A DNA stretch of 64,000 nt from Nitrosopumilus sp. (GTDB lineage Archaea > Thermoproteota > Nitrososphaeria > Nitrososphaerales > Nitrosopumilaceae), in assembly GCA_965218695.1 (NCBI GenBank), contig OZ244651.1:1888001-1952000 (forward strand), read 5' to 3'. The translations under genes and the position numbers were made by a program. Positions 1 through 9,930 of the stretch are shown here, one piece after another (the stretch's first letter is position 1; every line of letters begins with the position of its first letter). Below the pieces are notes generated by a model. That model was not told where the DNA came from. It did not search any database and worked only from the letters and a program-made list of their open reading frames with translations.

Positions 1-181
1 ACAGCGCATTCGGGTAGGACATGGGACATGAGTAGGATACTCGTGCATGCTAACCCATCGGATTAGCTGCTCTTGCAGTGGATTGATGGCCGCGCCAGGC
101 ATCAGATTTGCCGATCTTGATGCTGGGCCAAAACCGGCACACAACAGGTAGTTTTAATAAAATAACCATCAAACTTCCCGT

Positions 182-1468
182 ATGTCAGGATATAGAGGAA
201 GGTCGCTTGAGCTTCTAAGTTCCAGCGGGGTGTCAGTCGGGGATTCTGTAACGGTTCATTCTGACATGACATACCGGGGAATAGTCATGCCAAGGTACGA
301 GCACGGCGATGATGCGCACATAGTCCTGAAACTTGACAGCGGGTACAACGTGGGACTGGAGATCTCCAGCATTCAGAGCATCAGCAGGAATCAGGAGGAG
401 GTGCAGGAGACTGCAGAACCTGCCAGGCCAGTCGGCAAGACAGAGGGACTGCCCGGAATCCTGCTGCTGTCCACCGGGGGGACCATTGCAAGCAGGGTCG
501 ACTACAGGACCGGTGCCGTGACGCCTGTTCTGACAGCAGAGCAGATCAACTCGGCTGTACCTGAGGTGGCAAAAATTGCCAACATCGACACGGAGGTGCT
601 TTTTTCAGAATACTCTGAGAACGTGGTGCCCGGCCACTGGCTGAAGATGGCAGAGGCAGCCAGCAGGCATGCAGATTCGGATTATGCAGGAATAATCATA
701 GCGCACGGGACTGACACCATGCACTATACCTCGTCGTTTCTCTCATTTGCTCTTGCAGGTTTTCCCATTCCCATTGTTTTGGTGGGATCGCAGAGATCGC
801 CGGACCGCGCCTCATCGGATGCGGCACTGAACCTTATCGGCGCTGCAAGATTCATCACCAAACGCAGGACGCCGGGGGTATACATCGCCATGCACCAAGA
901 CAGAAGCGACGGAGACGTTTCATGCCACGCCGGAACAAGGGTAAGAAAGAACCACACCAGCAGCAGGGGGGCGTTTCAGACCATCGGGGGAGAGCCGGCA
1001 TTTGTAGTAACAGGTTCTGGAATCACAAGGAACCTTTCTGGAGACTACTATGACGTGGACGGATTCCGGCCCCGGATACACCTGGACGAGAGGGTGGCGC
1101 TGGTAAAGTACCATCCCGGGTACGGCCCGAAGATGATCGACTGGATGATTCAGAATGAGTACAGGGGCATAATATTCGAGGGGACGGGGCTGGGACACAT
1201 CGGAGATACCATGTACGAGGCAGTGGGCAGGGCAGCAGACAGCGGGATGTTTCTGGGCATGACATCGCAGTGCATTGACGGCAGGGTCAGGATGACCGTG
1301 TATGAGAGCGGCAGGGACCTGCTGAACCTTGGCATCATTCCCTTGGAGGACATGATTCCAGAGACTGCGCTGGTAAAGGCCATGTGGGCAATGGGCGGGA
1401 CTAAAGAGGGCAACAACGACATCAGGGATATTATGCTCAGTAAAGTGGCATCGGAGATTACACCATGA
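182..1468 (+). CDS. gatD: Glu-tRNA(Gln) amidotransferase subunit D
   Basis: N-terminal KLDSGYNVG domain plus asparaginase motifs TGGTIAS and HGTDT; overlaps gatE start. Confidence 0.97.
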   Translation: MSGYRGRSLELLSSSGVSVGDSVTVHSDMTYRGIVMPRYEHGDDAHIVLKLDSGYNVGLEISSIQSISRNQEEVQETAEPARPVGKTEGLPGILLLSTGGTIASRVDYRTGAVTPVLTAEQINSAVPEVAKIANIDTEVLFSEYSENVVPGHWLKMAEAASRHADSDYAGIIIAHGTDTMHYTSSFLSFALAGFPIPIVLVGSQRSPDRASSDAALNLIGAARFITKRRTPGVYIAMHQDRSDGDVSCHAGTRVRKNHTSSRGAFQTIGGEPAFVVTGSGITRNLSGDYYDVDGFRPRIHLDERVALVKYHPGYGPKMIDWMIQNEYRGIIFEGTGLGHIGDTMYEAVGRAADSGMFLGMTSQCIDGRVRMTVYESGRDLLNLGIIPLEDMIPETALVKAMWAMGGTKEGNNDIRDIMLSKVASEITP

Positions 1469-3369
1469 CTGAATTTTCAATCAGTGATGCTGGGGTGAGG
1501 GTCGGCCTTGAGATTCACCAGCAGCTTGCGACAGGCAGGAAGCTGTTCTGCAGCTGTGCGCCGGTGGAGTCAGAGGAGCACCCCATAAGGTTCCGCAGGA
1601 GGCTGCGTGCAACCAAAAGCGAGCTGGGCAGGTACGACCCTGCCGCGCTGTTTGAGGGAACAAAGTCAGAGACGATAGAGTACATGGCAAATCCGGAGAG
1701 CAGCTGCCTGGTGGAGCAGGACGAGGAGCCCCCGCACGAGCTGGACTGCGGTGCAAGGCGGATCGCCCTGATGGTGGCTGGCATGCTAAAGTCCAGCGTG
1801 TTTGGGGAGATGTACCCCATGAGAAAGACCGTGGTCGACGGCTCCAACACGACTGGCTTTCAGAGAACCATGCTGGTCTCGCAAGGAGGGCACTACGAGG
1901 CAGGCCCAAGAAGGATAGGCATCCAGTCAATCTGCCTGGAAGAGGACGCGGCCAGAATCCTAGAGGGGGACGGCACCGTAAAGAGGTATGGCCTGGAACG
2001 GCTTGGAATACCGCTGGTGGAGATTGCAACCGATCCCTTTGAGGCAGAACCCGGACAGACAAGGGAGAACGCCCTGGCGCTGGGAAGAATCCTGAGAAGC
2101 ACCAGAATGGTGAGAAGGGGCCTGGGCTCAATCAGGCAGGACGTCAATGTATCGATCAGGGGCGGCAACGCGGTAATAGAGGTAAAGGGCGTGCAGCAAC
2201 TGGACCAGTTGGAAGGTGTCGTAGAGTACGAGGCAAAAAGGCAGCACGGGCTGCTGGGAATCTCAAAGGAGATACGGGGCAGGGGATGGTCCCATGACCC
2301 AAAAGATGCAGCAGACGTTACGGGGCTGCTTGGAGGGTGCGGCTCAAAGATAATCCGCAGTGCCCTAAAGAAAGGACACAGGATCCATGCGGTGCGGTTT
2401 AGAGGAATGGCCGGCATGTTCGGGTACTCCCCGTACGAAGGCATCAGGCTGGGAAGGGCGGTTGCAGAGATGGTGAGATTCTTTGGGATAGGAGGCGTCT
2501 TTCATTCAGACGAGCTGCCGGGATACGGCATTACAGGGTCAGACGTGGACGGTGTCAGGGAGTTCTTGGGTGCGGGAGGTGACGATGCGTTTTTGATCCT
2601 GGCTGCCCCGGAGGGCATGATTGGGACGGTGACAGGCCACATAATTCAAAGGGTTGCAGATGTAAGAGACAGGGGGATTCCAGCAGACACCAGGCTTGCC
2701 ATGCCGGACGGCACCACCAGGTTTCTGAGGCCAAAGCCGGGGGCTGCAAGAATGTACCCGGAGACTGACATACCCCCGATAACGGTCACGCAGAAAGAGC
2801 TTGTGGAGGTGAGGGAAGGCACGCCCAAGTCATGGGACGAGTCGGTAAGGGACATCCGGGAGAAGCACGGGATCAATCCCCAGCTTGCAGAGCAGATCTA
2901 TGACTCAGAATACCTGGATCTCTTTGAGGGGATAGCAGAAAGGACCAGCATAAGCCCCACTTTTGTGGCATCGGTGCTGTGCTCTGTGATAACCGGCCTG
3001 GAGAGGGACGGCCTGGATTCGGGACTGCTGGATGGCAAGGAGATCGCAAGGACATTTGAGCTGCTCGACGAAAAGGAGATCGCAAAGGAGTCAGTGGAGA
3101 TGATCTTTGAGGACATAATGAGTGGCAGGTCCAAGACTGCACAGGAGGCCATGGGGAACAAGATGATGATTGAGACGGTGGACGAATCGGAACTGAACGG
3201 CATCATACACGGGATACTTGAGGAGAACAAGGACATGGTAGAGAGTCAGAAGGAGAGGGCCATCGGGCCCCTGATGGGAATTGCGATGAAGGAGCTGAGG
3301 GGAAAGGTGTCAGGCGAGATGGTAAACTCCCTTCTTGCGCGCGGGATCAGGGACATGCTGGTGGATTAA
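1465..3369 (+). CDS. gatE: Glu-tRNA(Gln) amidotransferase subunit E
   Basis: GLEIHQQL, DGSNTTGFQRT, LEEDAAR, IRQDVNVSI, PGAARMYPETD motifs; GatB/Yqey C-terminus. Confidence 0.97.
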   Translation: MTEFSISDAGVRVGLEIHQQLATGRKLFCSCAPVESEEHPIRFRRRLRATKSELGRYDPAALFEGTKSETIEYMANPESSCLVEQDEEPPHELDCGARRIALMVAGMLKSSVFGEMYPMRKTVVDGSNTTGFQRTMLVSQGGHYEAGPRRIGIQSICLEEDAARILEGDGTVKRYGLERLGIPLVEIATDPFEAEPGQTRENALALGRILRSTRMVRRGLGSIRQDVNVSIRGGNAVIEVKGVQQLDQLEGVVEYEAKRQHGLLGISKEIRGRGWSHDPKDAADVTGLLGGCGSKIIRSALKKGHRIHAVRFRGMAGMFGYSPYEGIRLGRAVAEMVRFFGIGGVFHSDELPGYGITGSDVDGVREFLGAGGDDAFLILAAPEGMIGTVTGHIIQRVADVRDRGIPADTRLAMPDGTTRFLRPKPGAARMYPETDIPPITVTQKELVEVREGTPKSWDESVRDIREKHGINPQLAEQIYDSEYLDLFEGIAERTSISPTFVASVLCSVITGLERDGLDSGLLDGKEIARTFELLDEKEIAKESVEMIFEDIMSGRSKTAQEAMGNKMMIETVDESELNGIIHGILEENKDMVESQKERAIGPLMGIAMKELRGKVSGEMVNSLLARGIRDMLVD

Positions 3370-3431
3370 GTCGCGGGTAGGAGCAGATTGGTTTTGCGCA
3401 GAAGAGATCCCTGAAGACGGGACGAGTATGA

Positions 3432-3773
3432 TCATGGTGCCATTTCAGGTGCCATCTCGGCGAGCCTCTCGGTAATATTCTGGATCTCCTCCAGGTTCTG
3501 GGCGATCACCTGCTCAAGCACCTCAATCTCCTGGCCTGCCTGGGACGTCTCGTTGAGTCCCGGGTCTGCGGCCCTTATCTCGTCAAGCGCCTCGCGGTTG
3601 GACTCGTTGACTCTGATTAGATCGTCCCTGTACTTTTCCAGCTTCTCAAACGCAGATGTCTCCTCGGGCGCCCCTGCACTCACGGGGGCTTCAGGCTCTG
3701 TCAGGAATCCAAGCGTGATTACTGCTCCCCCCACTACAAGAACCGCGGCCAGTATTATGATGGACAGTCTCAT
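3432..3773 (-). CDS. Small N-terminally membrane-anchored coiled-coil hypothetical protein
   Basis: Hydrophobic N-terminal helix then acidic heptad-rich helix; last gene of the ABC operon. Confidence 0.75.
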   Translation of the reverse strand: MRLSIIILAAVLVVGGAVITLGFLTEPEAPVSAGAPEETSAFEKLEKYRDDLIRVNESNREALDEIRAADPGLNETSQAGQEIEVLEQVIAQNLEEIQNITERLAEMAPEMAP

Positions 3774-3781
3774 GGTATCAC

Positions 3782-5437
3782 TCAGGACTGTTGCGGAATC
3801 TTCTTCTTTCTGCGTCTGCGGGCAAGAAATATCCCTACGCCGGCTGCCGCTGCAACCGGTATTATTATCATGGTCACGTCAGGGAATGCCTGTTCCTCCT
3901 CCACGGAGGGCTCTGAGATGAATATTACGGTATCATGGGATACGATCGTCTCGTCGCGGATGCTGTCCTTGTACCTTACATGGACGGTGATCTCATGCTC
4001 GCCGTACCGGGGAGGCCCGTCAAACTCGATCGGGGTGTTAAAGGGCACCGGAGAGTCGGTCTCTATCTCGTCGATGAACTGCTCGACTGGCATGAGGTTG
4101 GAGCCGCCCCGCGGCTCGACTGAGATGAACCCGAAGAGTCCGGCCTCGTTTCCCTCGTTGATGATCTCCCCCACTATCAGCTGGCCGGCAGACAGATCCA
4201 CCACATGCACGTTGAATACGTTGAGGTCTACAAACCCCTTGACGTAAAAGTCCACCACCCGGGATATCTGCTGGGGATCGCCGTACGAGTTGTAGTAGGA
4301 TATGGATAACGGGATCTTCAGCGTCTGATCCCTGATGGACTCTGGCACGTATACGGTCAGGCCGATGCTCTCAGAGGAGCCGGGCGCTATCTGACCTACG
4401 TTCCAGTTGGATTCGGGGATCACCACGTTTTCCAGGTTGTTCTGGAACTCCATGGAGTCGGACCTTGCAGGTATGTCGGTGGTAATGTCCACGCCGGAGA
4501 TTGGGTCGGTCCCGTCGTTGGTGATCTGGATGGAGACGTCGTTTGTCTTCAGGGATGTCAGGAACGGCTGCTCTGCTCTTGCGTTGATCACGTTGTCGCC
4601 GGTCTGGTCAACAAACCCCTTGACGAAGAAGTCCACTGCCCGTGATATCTGCTGGGGATCGCCGTACGAGTTGTAGTAGGATATGGATAACGGGATCTTC
4701 AGCGTCTGGCCCTTGAGGGACTCTGGCACGTATACGGTCAGGTCGATACTCTCAGAGGAGCCGGGCGCTATCTGACCTACGTTCCAGTTTGAGACGGGGA
4801 TCACGACGTTTTCCAAGCTGGTCTGGGAGGCGGGCGCGTCGGTGCTGATATCCACGCCTGAGATCTGGGCGGTCCCATCGTTGGTGATCTGGATGGAGAC
4901 CTCGTTTGTTCTCAGCGGCGTGAGGAACGGCTGCTCTGCCTGTGCGTTGATCACGCTGCCGCCGGTTACCTTGAAGTCGAATTCCTCATGCACCACTCGG
5001 GTGCCAGACTCCCTCAGCCGGGAATAGTCCACCTTTATGGTCGCAGGATACTGCCGTATCTGCAAGTTCTTGTCAAGGTTTACAGAGAAGGTGAGATAGA
5101 AGATCTCCCCTGCCGGCGGGTTGGAGCTGCTGTCTGCCCGGATGACTGGGCCCGGTCCGGACCCGGAAAAGCCGAGCGGCAGCATCAGCTGGCCCTGGAT
5201 CCCGGTGATGTCATGCGTGCCCACGTTGGCAAGAACCACGGTGAGCGGCACGTTGCTGTCACCGGGCTCGACTTCTAGCTTTCGATCCTCCGTGCCAAAG
5301 TACGCATCCAGAAACTTGACGTCCCCATACCCCCTCTCAAAGGGCGATTCCCCGACGGGGATTGACTGGGCGTACGAGTAGCCAAACACGGACGGTATCG
5401 CAAGAGCTGCAATCAGCAAGAGAAGATACCCCGTCAT
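3782..5437 (-). CDS. COG1361-like S-layer/Ig-like domain surface protein with C-terminal TM anchor
   Basis: Signal peptide, CARDB-like beta repeats (ITNDGT..GQIAPGSS..Y), C-terminal TM + RRRRKKK; clustered with FtsX/LolD-type ABC genes. Confidence 0.85.
   Translation of the reverse strand: MTGYLLLLIAALAIPSVFGYSYAQSIPVGESPFERGYGDVKFLDAYFGTEDRKLEVEPGDSNVPLTVVLANVGTHDITGIQGQLMLPLGFSGSGPGPVIRADSSSNPPAGEIFYLTFSVNLDKNLQIRQYPATIKVDYSRLRESGTRVVHEEFDFKVTGGSVINAQAEQPFLTPLRTNEVSIQITNDGTAQISGVDISTDAPASQTSLENVVIPVSNWNVGQIAPGSSESIDLTVYVPESLKGQTLKIPLSISYYNSYGDPQQISRAVDFFVKGFVDQTGDNVINARAEQPFLTSLKTNDVSIQITNDGTDPISGVDITTDIPARSDSMEFQNNLENVVIPESNWNVGQIAPGSSESIGLTVYVPESIRDQTLKIPLSISYYNSYGDPQQISRVVDFYVKGFVDLNVFNVHVVDLSAGQLIVGEIINEGNEAGLFGFISVEPRGGSNLMPVEQFIDEIETDSPVPFNTPIEFDGPPRYGEHEITVHVRYKDSIRDETIVSHDTVIFISEPSVEEEQAFPDVTMIIIPVAAAAGVGIFLARRRRKKKIPQQS
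4230..4955. repeat. Internal tandem duplication of a ~120-aa Ig-like domain (4230-4592 vs 4611-4955)
   Basis: Long identical DNA blocks such as GATATCTGCTGGGGATCGCCGTACGAGTTGTAGTAGGATATGGATAACGGGATCTTCAGCGTCTG in both units; 18-bp indel between them. Confidence 0.92.
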
Positions 5438-6132
5438 GCCCGAATCGCCATCCTCGTGTCCTCAGTAACGGCCCTGCCGTCCTTTATCGTGATGACCTTG
5501 TCGACGTCCCCAAAGTGTTCGCGGTCGTGTGTAACTATGATGAATGTCTGGTTGAGTTTTCTGGCCATCGACTTCATCAGCTGGACGACCATATCAGAGG
5601 TGACTGAGTCCAGGTTCCCTGTGGGCTCGTCTGCAAGCACCAGCGCAGGCTTGTTTATCATCCCCCGGGCAATGGCTACCCTCTGGGACTGCCCGCCGGA
5701 TATCTTGTTTGCGCGCTTGTTCATCTGGCTCTCTATGCCGACTGCCCTGAGCAGGTTGGCAGCATCGGTCATGGCGGTCCCGTCGTCCCCGCCTATCTCC
5801 CGGGGAAGCATGACGTTTTCCAGTACGGTAAGATCGGTAATCAGGTTGGAGAACTGGAATATGAATCCGAGCTTTTGGTTCCTGAACGAGGAGATCTGGC
5901 CCTCGTCAAGCGCGCCGGTGCCTGTGCCTTCTATGACGACCTCCCCGCGCGTGGGACGGTCAAGCAGGCCTATCATGTTGAGGAGCGTGGACTTGCCGGA
6001 GCCGGAGCTGCCCACTACCAGGACAAACTCTCCCCTCTCTATCGAAAACGAGACATCGTCGAGTGCCTTGACGCGGTTCTCCCCGTCCCCGTATACCTTG
6101 CTCACGCCGCGCACCTCCAGTACCCTAGACAT
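5434..6132 (-). CDS. ABC transporter ATP-binding protein (LolD/MacB-like)
   Basis: Walker A GSSGSGKST, signature ISGGQSQRVAIAR, LADEPTGNLD, VTHD. Confidence 0.95.
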   Translation of the reverse strand: MSRVLEVRGVSKVYGDGENRVKALDDVSFSIERGEFVLVVGSSGSGKSTLLNMIGLLDRPTRGEVVIEGTGTGALDEGQISSFRNQKLGFIFQFSNLITDLTVLENVMLPREIGGDDGTAMTDAANLLRAVGIESQMNKRANKISGGQSQRVAIARGMINKPALVLADEPTGNLDSVTSDMVVQLMKSMARKLNQTFIIVTHDREHFGDVDKVITIKDGRAVTEDTRMAIRA

Positions 6133-7309
6133 TCCTCATGGCCTCCACGGGCAGCATCTTGGTTGCCCGGTACGACGGGTACAGCGACGCAATTATTGCA
6201 AGCGCAAAGGATGTCAGTGCCGTCTGTCCTATCTTGGCCCAGTCGTAGCTGACCTCCAGCGGCAGGCTGTTGTTGAATGTAAGTTTTGTCTCCTTTGCAT
6301 AGACTGTGTATCCCAGCCCCGCAGCAGTCCCTGCACCTGCCCCGATGGCCCCGATTATCATCCCCTGCAGTATGAAGATTACCAGTACGTCCTTTCTCCG
6401 GGCCCCGAGGGATCGCATGACGCCTATCTCCCTTGTCTTCCCGTTTACCAACATCATCTGGATGGTAACGATGGCAAATGCAGATGACATCATTCCAAAG
6501 TATCCAATCATGTTTATCATGGCTATTCCGGACCTGAACCCGGCAAGCTGCTGCTCGGCTGACTCCTCTATGGTCTGGGCTATAAAGTCGCTGTTGGGAA
6601 ACGATGTAAGGAAGAGATCCCTGACATGTTCTGCCTTTGTAGGATCGTTTAGTTTTACCATGAACGAGTCAGAGTTCCCGTCCCGATCCAGCATGTCCCT
6701 GAGGGTGTCAATGTGGAGCACGGCTGCATAGTCAAACCCCTGGCCGCCCGGCGATGCTGCAATCCCGCTTACCGTGAACCGCCTGACCTGCTCCTGCCCC
6801 CACCGGTCCACCACCATGACCTTGATGCCGTCGCCTACTATGGCACCCCCAAGATCCCGTGCTACGGTGGAGCCCAGAACGATGGAGTTTCTTGCAAAGA
6901 CGTAGGTTCCCTCGTTTACCGTCTCGTGAATGGTCGAGGCACGTATGTCATTGAAGGGATCAACGCCGATGAGCGGGATGCGCGATTCCTGCACGAGGAC
7001 TCCGTTCTTGGTCATGTTGATCTCCCCCGACGATGAAAGCCGGGGAGTTGCAGCATGGACGTACGGGATCCTCTCAAACCAAGAGATGAGTGTCCTGTCT
7101 GACGTGTCGATATAGTTTGCCTCGTCTGTGACAAGGATGTCCCCGTTGCGATAGTCGGTGATGTCCCTGACGATTGCATCAAAGAGTCCCTGAAATATTA
7201 CAAAGTTTACGTGAATGACCAGTATTCCTATGGTGACTGCAAGTACTGCGCCCATCAGGCTTCCCTTCTTGTTGAAGAGCATCCGTTTTGCCAGGCGCAG
7301 TCTGTACAC
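6125..7309 (-). CDS. ABC transporter permease, FtsX/MacB family
   Basis: TM1, large extracytoplasmic loop, then KTREIGVMRSLGA and YPSYRA..PVEAMR FtsX motifs. Confidence 0.93.
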   Translation of the reverse strand: MYRLRLAKRMLFNKKGSLMGAVLAVTIGILVIHVNFVIFQGLFDAIVRDITDYRNGDILVTDEANYIDTSDRTLISWFERIPYVHAATPRLSSSGEINMTKNGVLVQESRIPLIGVDPFNDIRASTIHETVNEGTYVFARNSIVLGSTVARDLGGAIVGDGIKVMVVDRWGQEQVRRFTVSGIAASPGGQGFDYAAVLHIDTLRDMLDRDGNSDSFMVKLNDPTKAEHVRDLFLTSFPNSDFIAQTIEESAEQQLAGFRSGIAMINMIGYFGMMSSAFAIVTIQMMLVNGKTREIGVMRSLGARRKDVLVIFILQGMIIGAIGAGAGTAAGLGYTVYAKETKLTFNNSLPLEVSYDWAKIGQTALTSFALAIIASLYPSYRATKMLPVEAMRNV

Positions 7310-7400
7310 GGAATTAATAGAATAGTCTGATATTTAATATCTCGTATAGTAAATATTTACATTATAGACAATTTTATATCAAACTGCCCATCCATAAACA

Positions 7401-8318
7401 ATGAAAGCAATGGACGATCTGGACGTAAAAATTCTGAGCAGGCTGCTCAACAACTGCAGGGAGCCTGCAAGGCAGATAGCCATCAAGGCAGAAAAGACAA
7501 GCGCCACGATCAACTCCAGGATTCAGAGGATGCAAGAAGACGGCGTCATCGAAGAGTTTGTAGTCAGGGTCGAGCCGTTCATGTTCGGGTACGGCGTCTT
7601 GTACTTTGTAGTCTCAGGTGAGGACGCAGACGAGGTTCTTAAACAGATACGCCAAGTGGGGGAGCCTCACTTTGTGGTGCCGTGCATAGGGGGAATTACA
7701 GTCTGTAGCATAGTCGTAAGAGAGAAAATGCAGGAGAAGATAAGCATGCTAAACAAGGTTATGAACGACATCAAGATACTCTCCATCTTTGAGGCAGGGG
7801 ATCTGGGGCATGGATCAGGCCTTACAAAGACAGACTTGAGGATTCTTAGAGAGTTGGGGAGGGATCCGAGGCAGAGGGTGGAGGCTGTCGCGCACAGGGC
7901 CGGGTATTCGACCAAGACTGTCACGCGGTGCATGGCAAGGCTGCAAAGGAACAACGGGGTGCAGTTCACGCTGGTGTATGACCCCAGAAGGTTTGACAAC
8001 TTTATTCCCCACGTCATAATGGTGCAGATAGACGGGGATGTAGACAAGACGGCCAGGGATCTCCACGAGCGGTTCTCGGCTTCATACCTGCAGATTCCGT
8101 ATATCGAAAAGAACCAGATCGTGATGTTCATGTACAGCGACGGCATATTCAGGATGGACGAGCTAACACACGCGGTGCGGACGGTCAGAAATGTAAGATC
8201 CGTAGATCTCTTCATTCCAAAGAGGATACTACTGTTCAACAAGTGGCTTGAGGACGCGATAAGCGAGGCCGAGAGGCTGCCGGGACTGCACGTGAATACT
8301 AGGTGGGTTAGGCGTTGA
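7401..8318 (+). CDS. Lrp/AsnC family transcriptional regulator with two wHTH modules
   Basis: MDDLDVKILSRLLNNCR and LTKTDLRILRELGRDPR HTH starts. Confidence 0.88.
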   Translation: MKAMDDLDVKILSRLLNNCREPARQIAIKAEKTSATINSRIQRMQEDGVIEEFVVRVEPFMFGYGVLYFVVSGEDADEVLKQIRQVGEPHFVVPCIGGITVCSIVVREKMQEKISMLNKVMNDIKILSIFEAGDLGHGSGLTKTDLRILRELGRDPRQRVEAVAHRAGYSTKTVTRCMARLQRNNGVQFTLVYDPRRFDNFIPHVIMVQIDGDVDKTARDLHERFSASYLQIPYIEKNQIVMFMYSDGIFRMDELTHAVRTVRNVRSVDLFIPKRILLFNKWLEDAISEAERLPGLHVNTRWVRR

Positions 8319-8383
8319 GACGGATGGGTCGCTGCCGGACAATCGTGCCACAGATTAAATAACAACATCCCAGAATTTTCCCG

Positions 8384-8881
8384 TTGGAAAAGACAAAGAT
8401 CTATGATGGAAAGATCTTGGGCTTGAGCGTATACAGGGGCGAGATTGAGGGAAGACGGGTCACGCGCGAGGTGATAGAACATAGGGGGACAGCAGCCATT
8501 TTGGCATTTGACGGGGACGACATAATCATGGTCAGGCAGCACAGGTTCCCCCACGGGTATGTCCTGGAGATTCCTGCAGGAACGCTTGAGGAGGGAGAGG
8601 AGCCGGCGAAGTGCGCATTCAGGGAGTTGGAAGAAGAGACAGGATACGCCGCAGAGACCATGACTCCACTAATCACGTACTATCCCTCGATCGGCTACAA
8701 CATGGAGGTAATACACTGCTTTGTGGCGTCCGGTCTCAGAAGAACATCCGGGCAAGACCTAGATGAGGATGAGATACTCTCGGTGGTCAGGATGAAGCCG
8801 CGGGAGGTTCTTGAGGGAATACGGTCAGGGAAGATCCAAGACTCCAAGACCATATGCGCGGTGCTGATGCATCTTGCATAG
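8384..8881 (+). CDS. NUDIX hydrolase (ADP-ribose pyrophosphatase-like)
   Basis: Nudix box GTLEEGEEPAKCAFRELEEETG; REVIEH and QDSKT motifs. Confidence 0.93.
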   Translation: MEKTKIYDGKILGLSVYRGEIEGRRVTREVIEHRGTAAILAFDGDDIIMVRQHRFPHGYVLEIPAGTLEEGEEPAKCAFRELEEETGYAAETMTPLITYYPSIGYNMEVIHCFVASGLRRTSGQDLDEDEILSVVRMKPREVLEGIRSGKIQDSKTICAVLMHLA

Positions 8882-8890
8882 TTGCTTGGA

Positions 8891-9865
8891 TTACTTGTAA
8901 ATGGGCTTTACCAGATCGGCAAGATCCGCCCACGACTGCGTTATCCTCTCAAACATGTACACCAGATCAAGAAACTCTGGAGGAATCTGCTCCGTGTCCA
9001 GAGTCGTCCTCAGGCGTATCAGATTGTCCTCAAAGCTCTTGTGAAGCGATATGGCCTGGATTGCCAAAAGCCTGTCAGGTGTGGTAAAGGCCTCGATCGA
9101 CTTCTGGCCCAGCTGCTCAAATTCGCGCACCGCATCATAAATCTTCTCGCAGTGATCCCCGGACAGGGACGAGCCAAGGACCAGCTCTGAGAGAAGCACT
9201 ATGGAGTCGCCTGCCCTCTCAAGCAGGCTTGCAGCAACCCTGTAGTCCAGCACGTCGACGTTCTCTAAGTTGAACGCACTTGCCAGCCTCTTGTCTACAA
9301 GCGTGCTGCGGAGAAGGCGCACAAGCAAAAAGTACTGCCTGTTCACCTCAACGTCGCGCTTTGACATGGTCTTCAGGTTGGACCTGTCATCAGAGACCAG
9401 CCCCCGTATCACCTCGTCATACATGCCAAGTGCAATCGAGCTCATCCTTTTGAGGATCCTTCCGGGATTCAGGGTGGCAGCATCAAGGAGAAACTGCATG
9501 TTGATGTGCGAGGCGTCCTCTTCGATGATCTCCATTCCGACTAGCCTCCTCATGGAGTTGCGGATATTCTCCCTTTCCTGGGCAGGAATGCTGCGCTTTG
9601 AGTCAATCCTGATCATGTCAAATCCCAGAAGGTACGCGCCTGTAATGTCAGCCACGATGTTCTCCTCTTTAGGCAGCGGATACGATATTACGATCTCCCG
9701 TGAAGGACGTGCATCCGGATTTGCAGATACGGAGATGCTCTCCGAGCCCGTGTCAAGTTCCACCTGGCTTCCCTTGCCAAGGTTGTTTGCATCAATCCAC
9801 TCCTTTGGCAGCGACACCAACATGCTGTTTCCTATCCTCTGCAGGCGCCGGATAAATTTAGTCAA
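8891..9865 (-). CDS. Phosphate uptake regulator, AbrB + PhoU domains
   Basis: RRLQRIGNSMLVSLPKEW AbrB N-terminus; AYLLGFD; PhoU helices (LERAGD, ERI..WADL). Confidence 0.9.
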   Translation of the reverse strand: MTKFIRRLQRIGNSMLVSLPKEWIDANNLGKGSQVELDTGSESISVSANPDARPSREIVISYPLPKEENIVADITGAYLLGFDMIRIDSKRSIPAQERENIRNSMRRLVGMEIIEEDASHINMQFLLDAATLNPGRILKRMSSIALGMYDEVIRGLVSDDRSNLKTMSKRDVEVNRQYFLLVRLLRSTLVDKRLASAFNLENVDVLDYRVAASLLERAGDSIVLLSELVLGSSLSGDHCEKIYDAVREFEQLGQKSIEAFTTPDRLLAIQAISLHKSFEDNLIRLRTTLDTEQIPPEFLDLVYMFERITQSWADLADLVKPIYK

Positions 9866-9930
9866 TTTATACTAGTTCAATTAATTTAATCCATATTCTT
9901 ATATTTTGTGTACAATTTAAACTTAGAATA

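Noticed and set aside
5456-6487. Long antisense ORFs (also 7667..8554, 17785..18675, 26318..27394 and others)
   Set aside because: Shadow frames opposite well-supported genes, with no recognisable motifs
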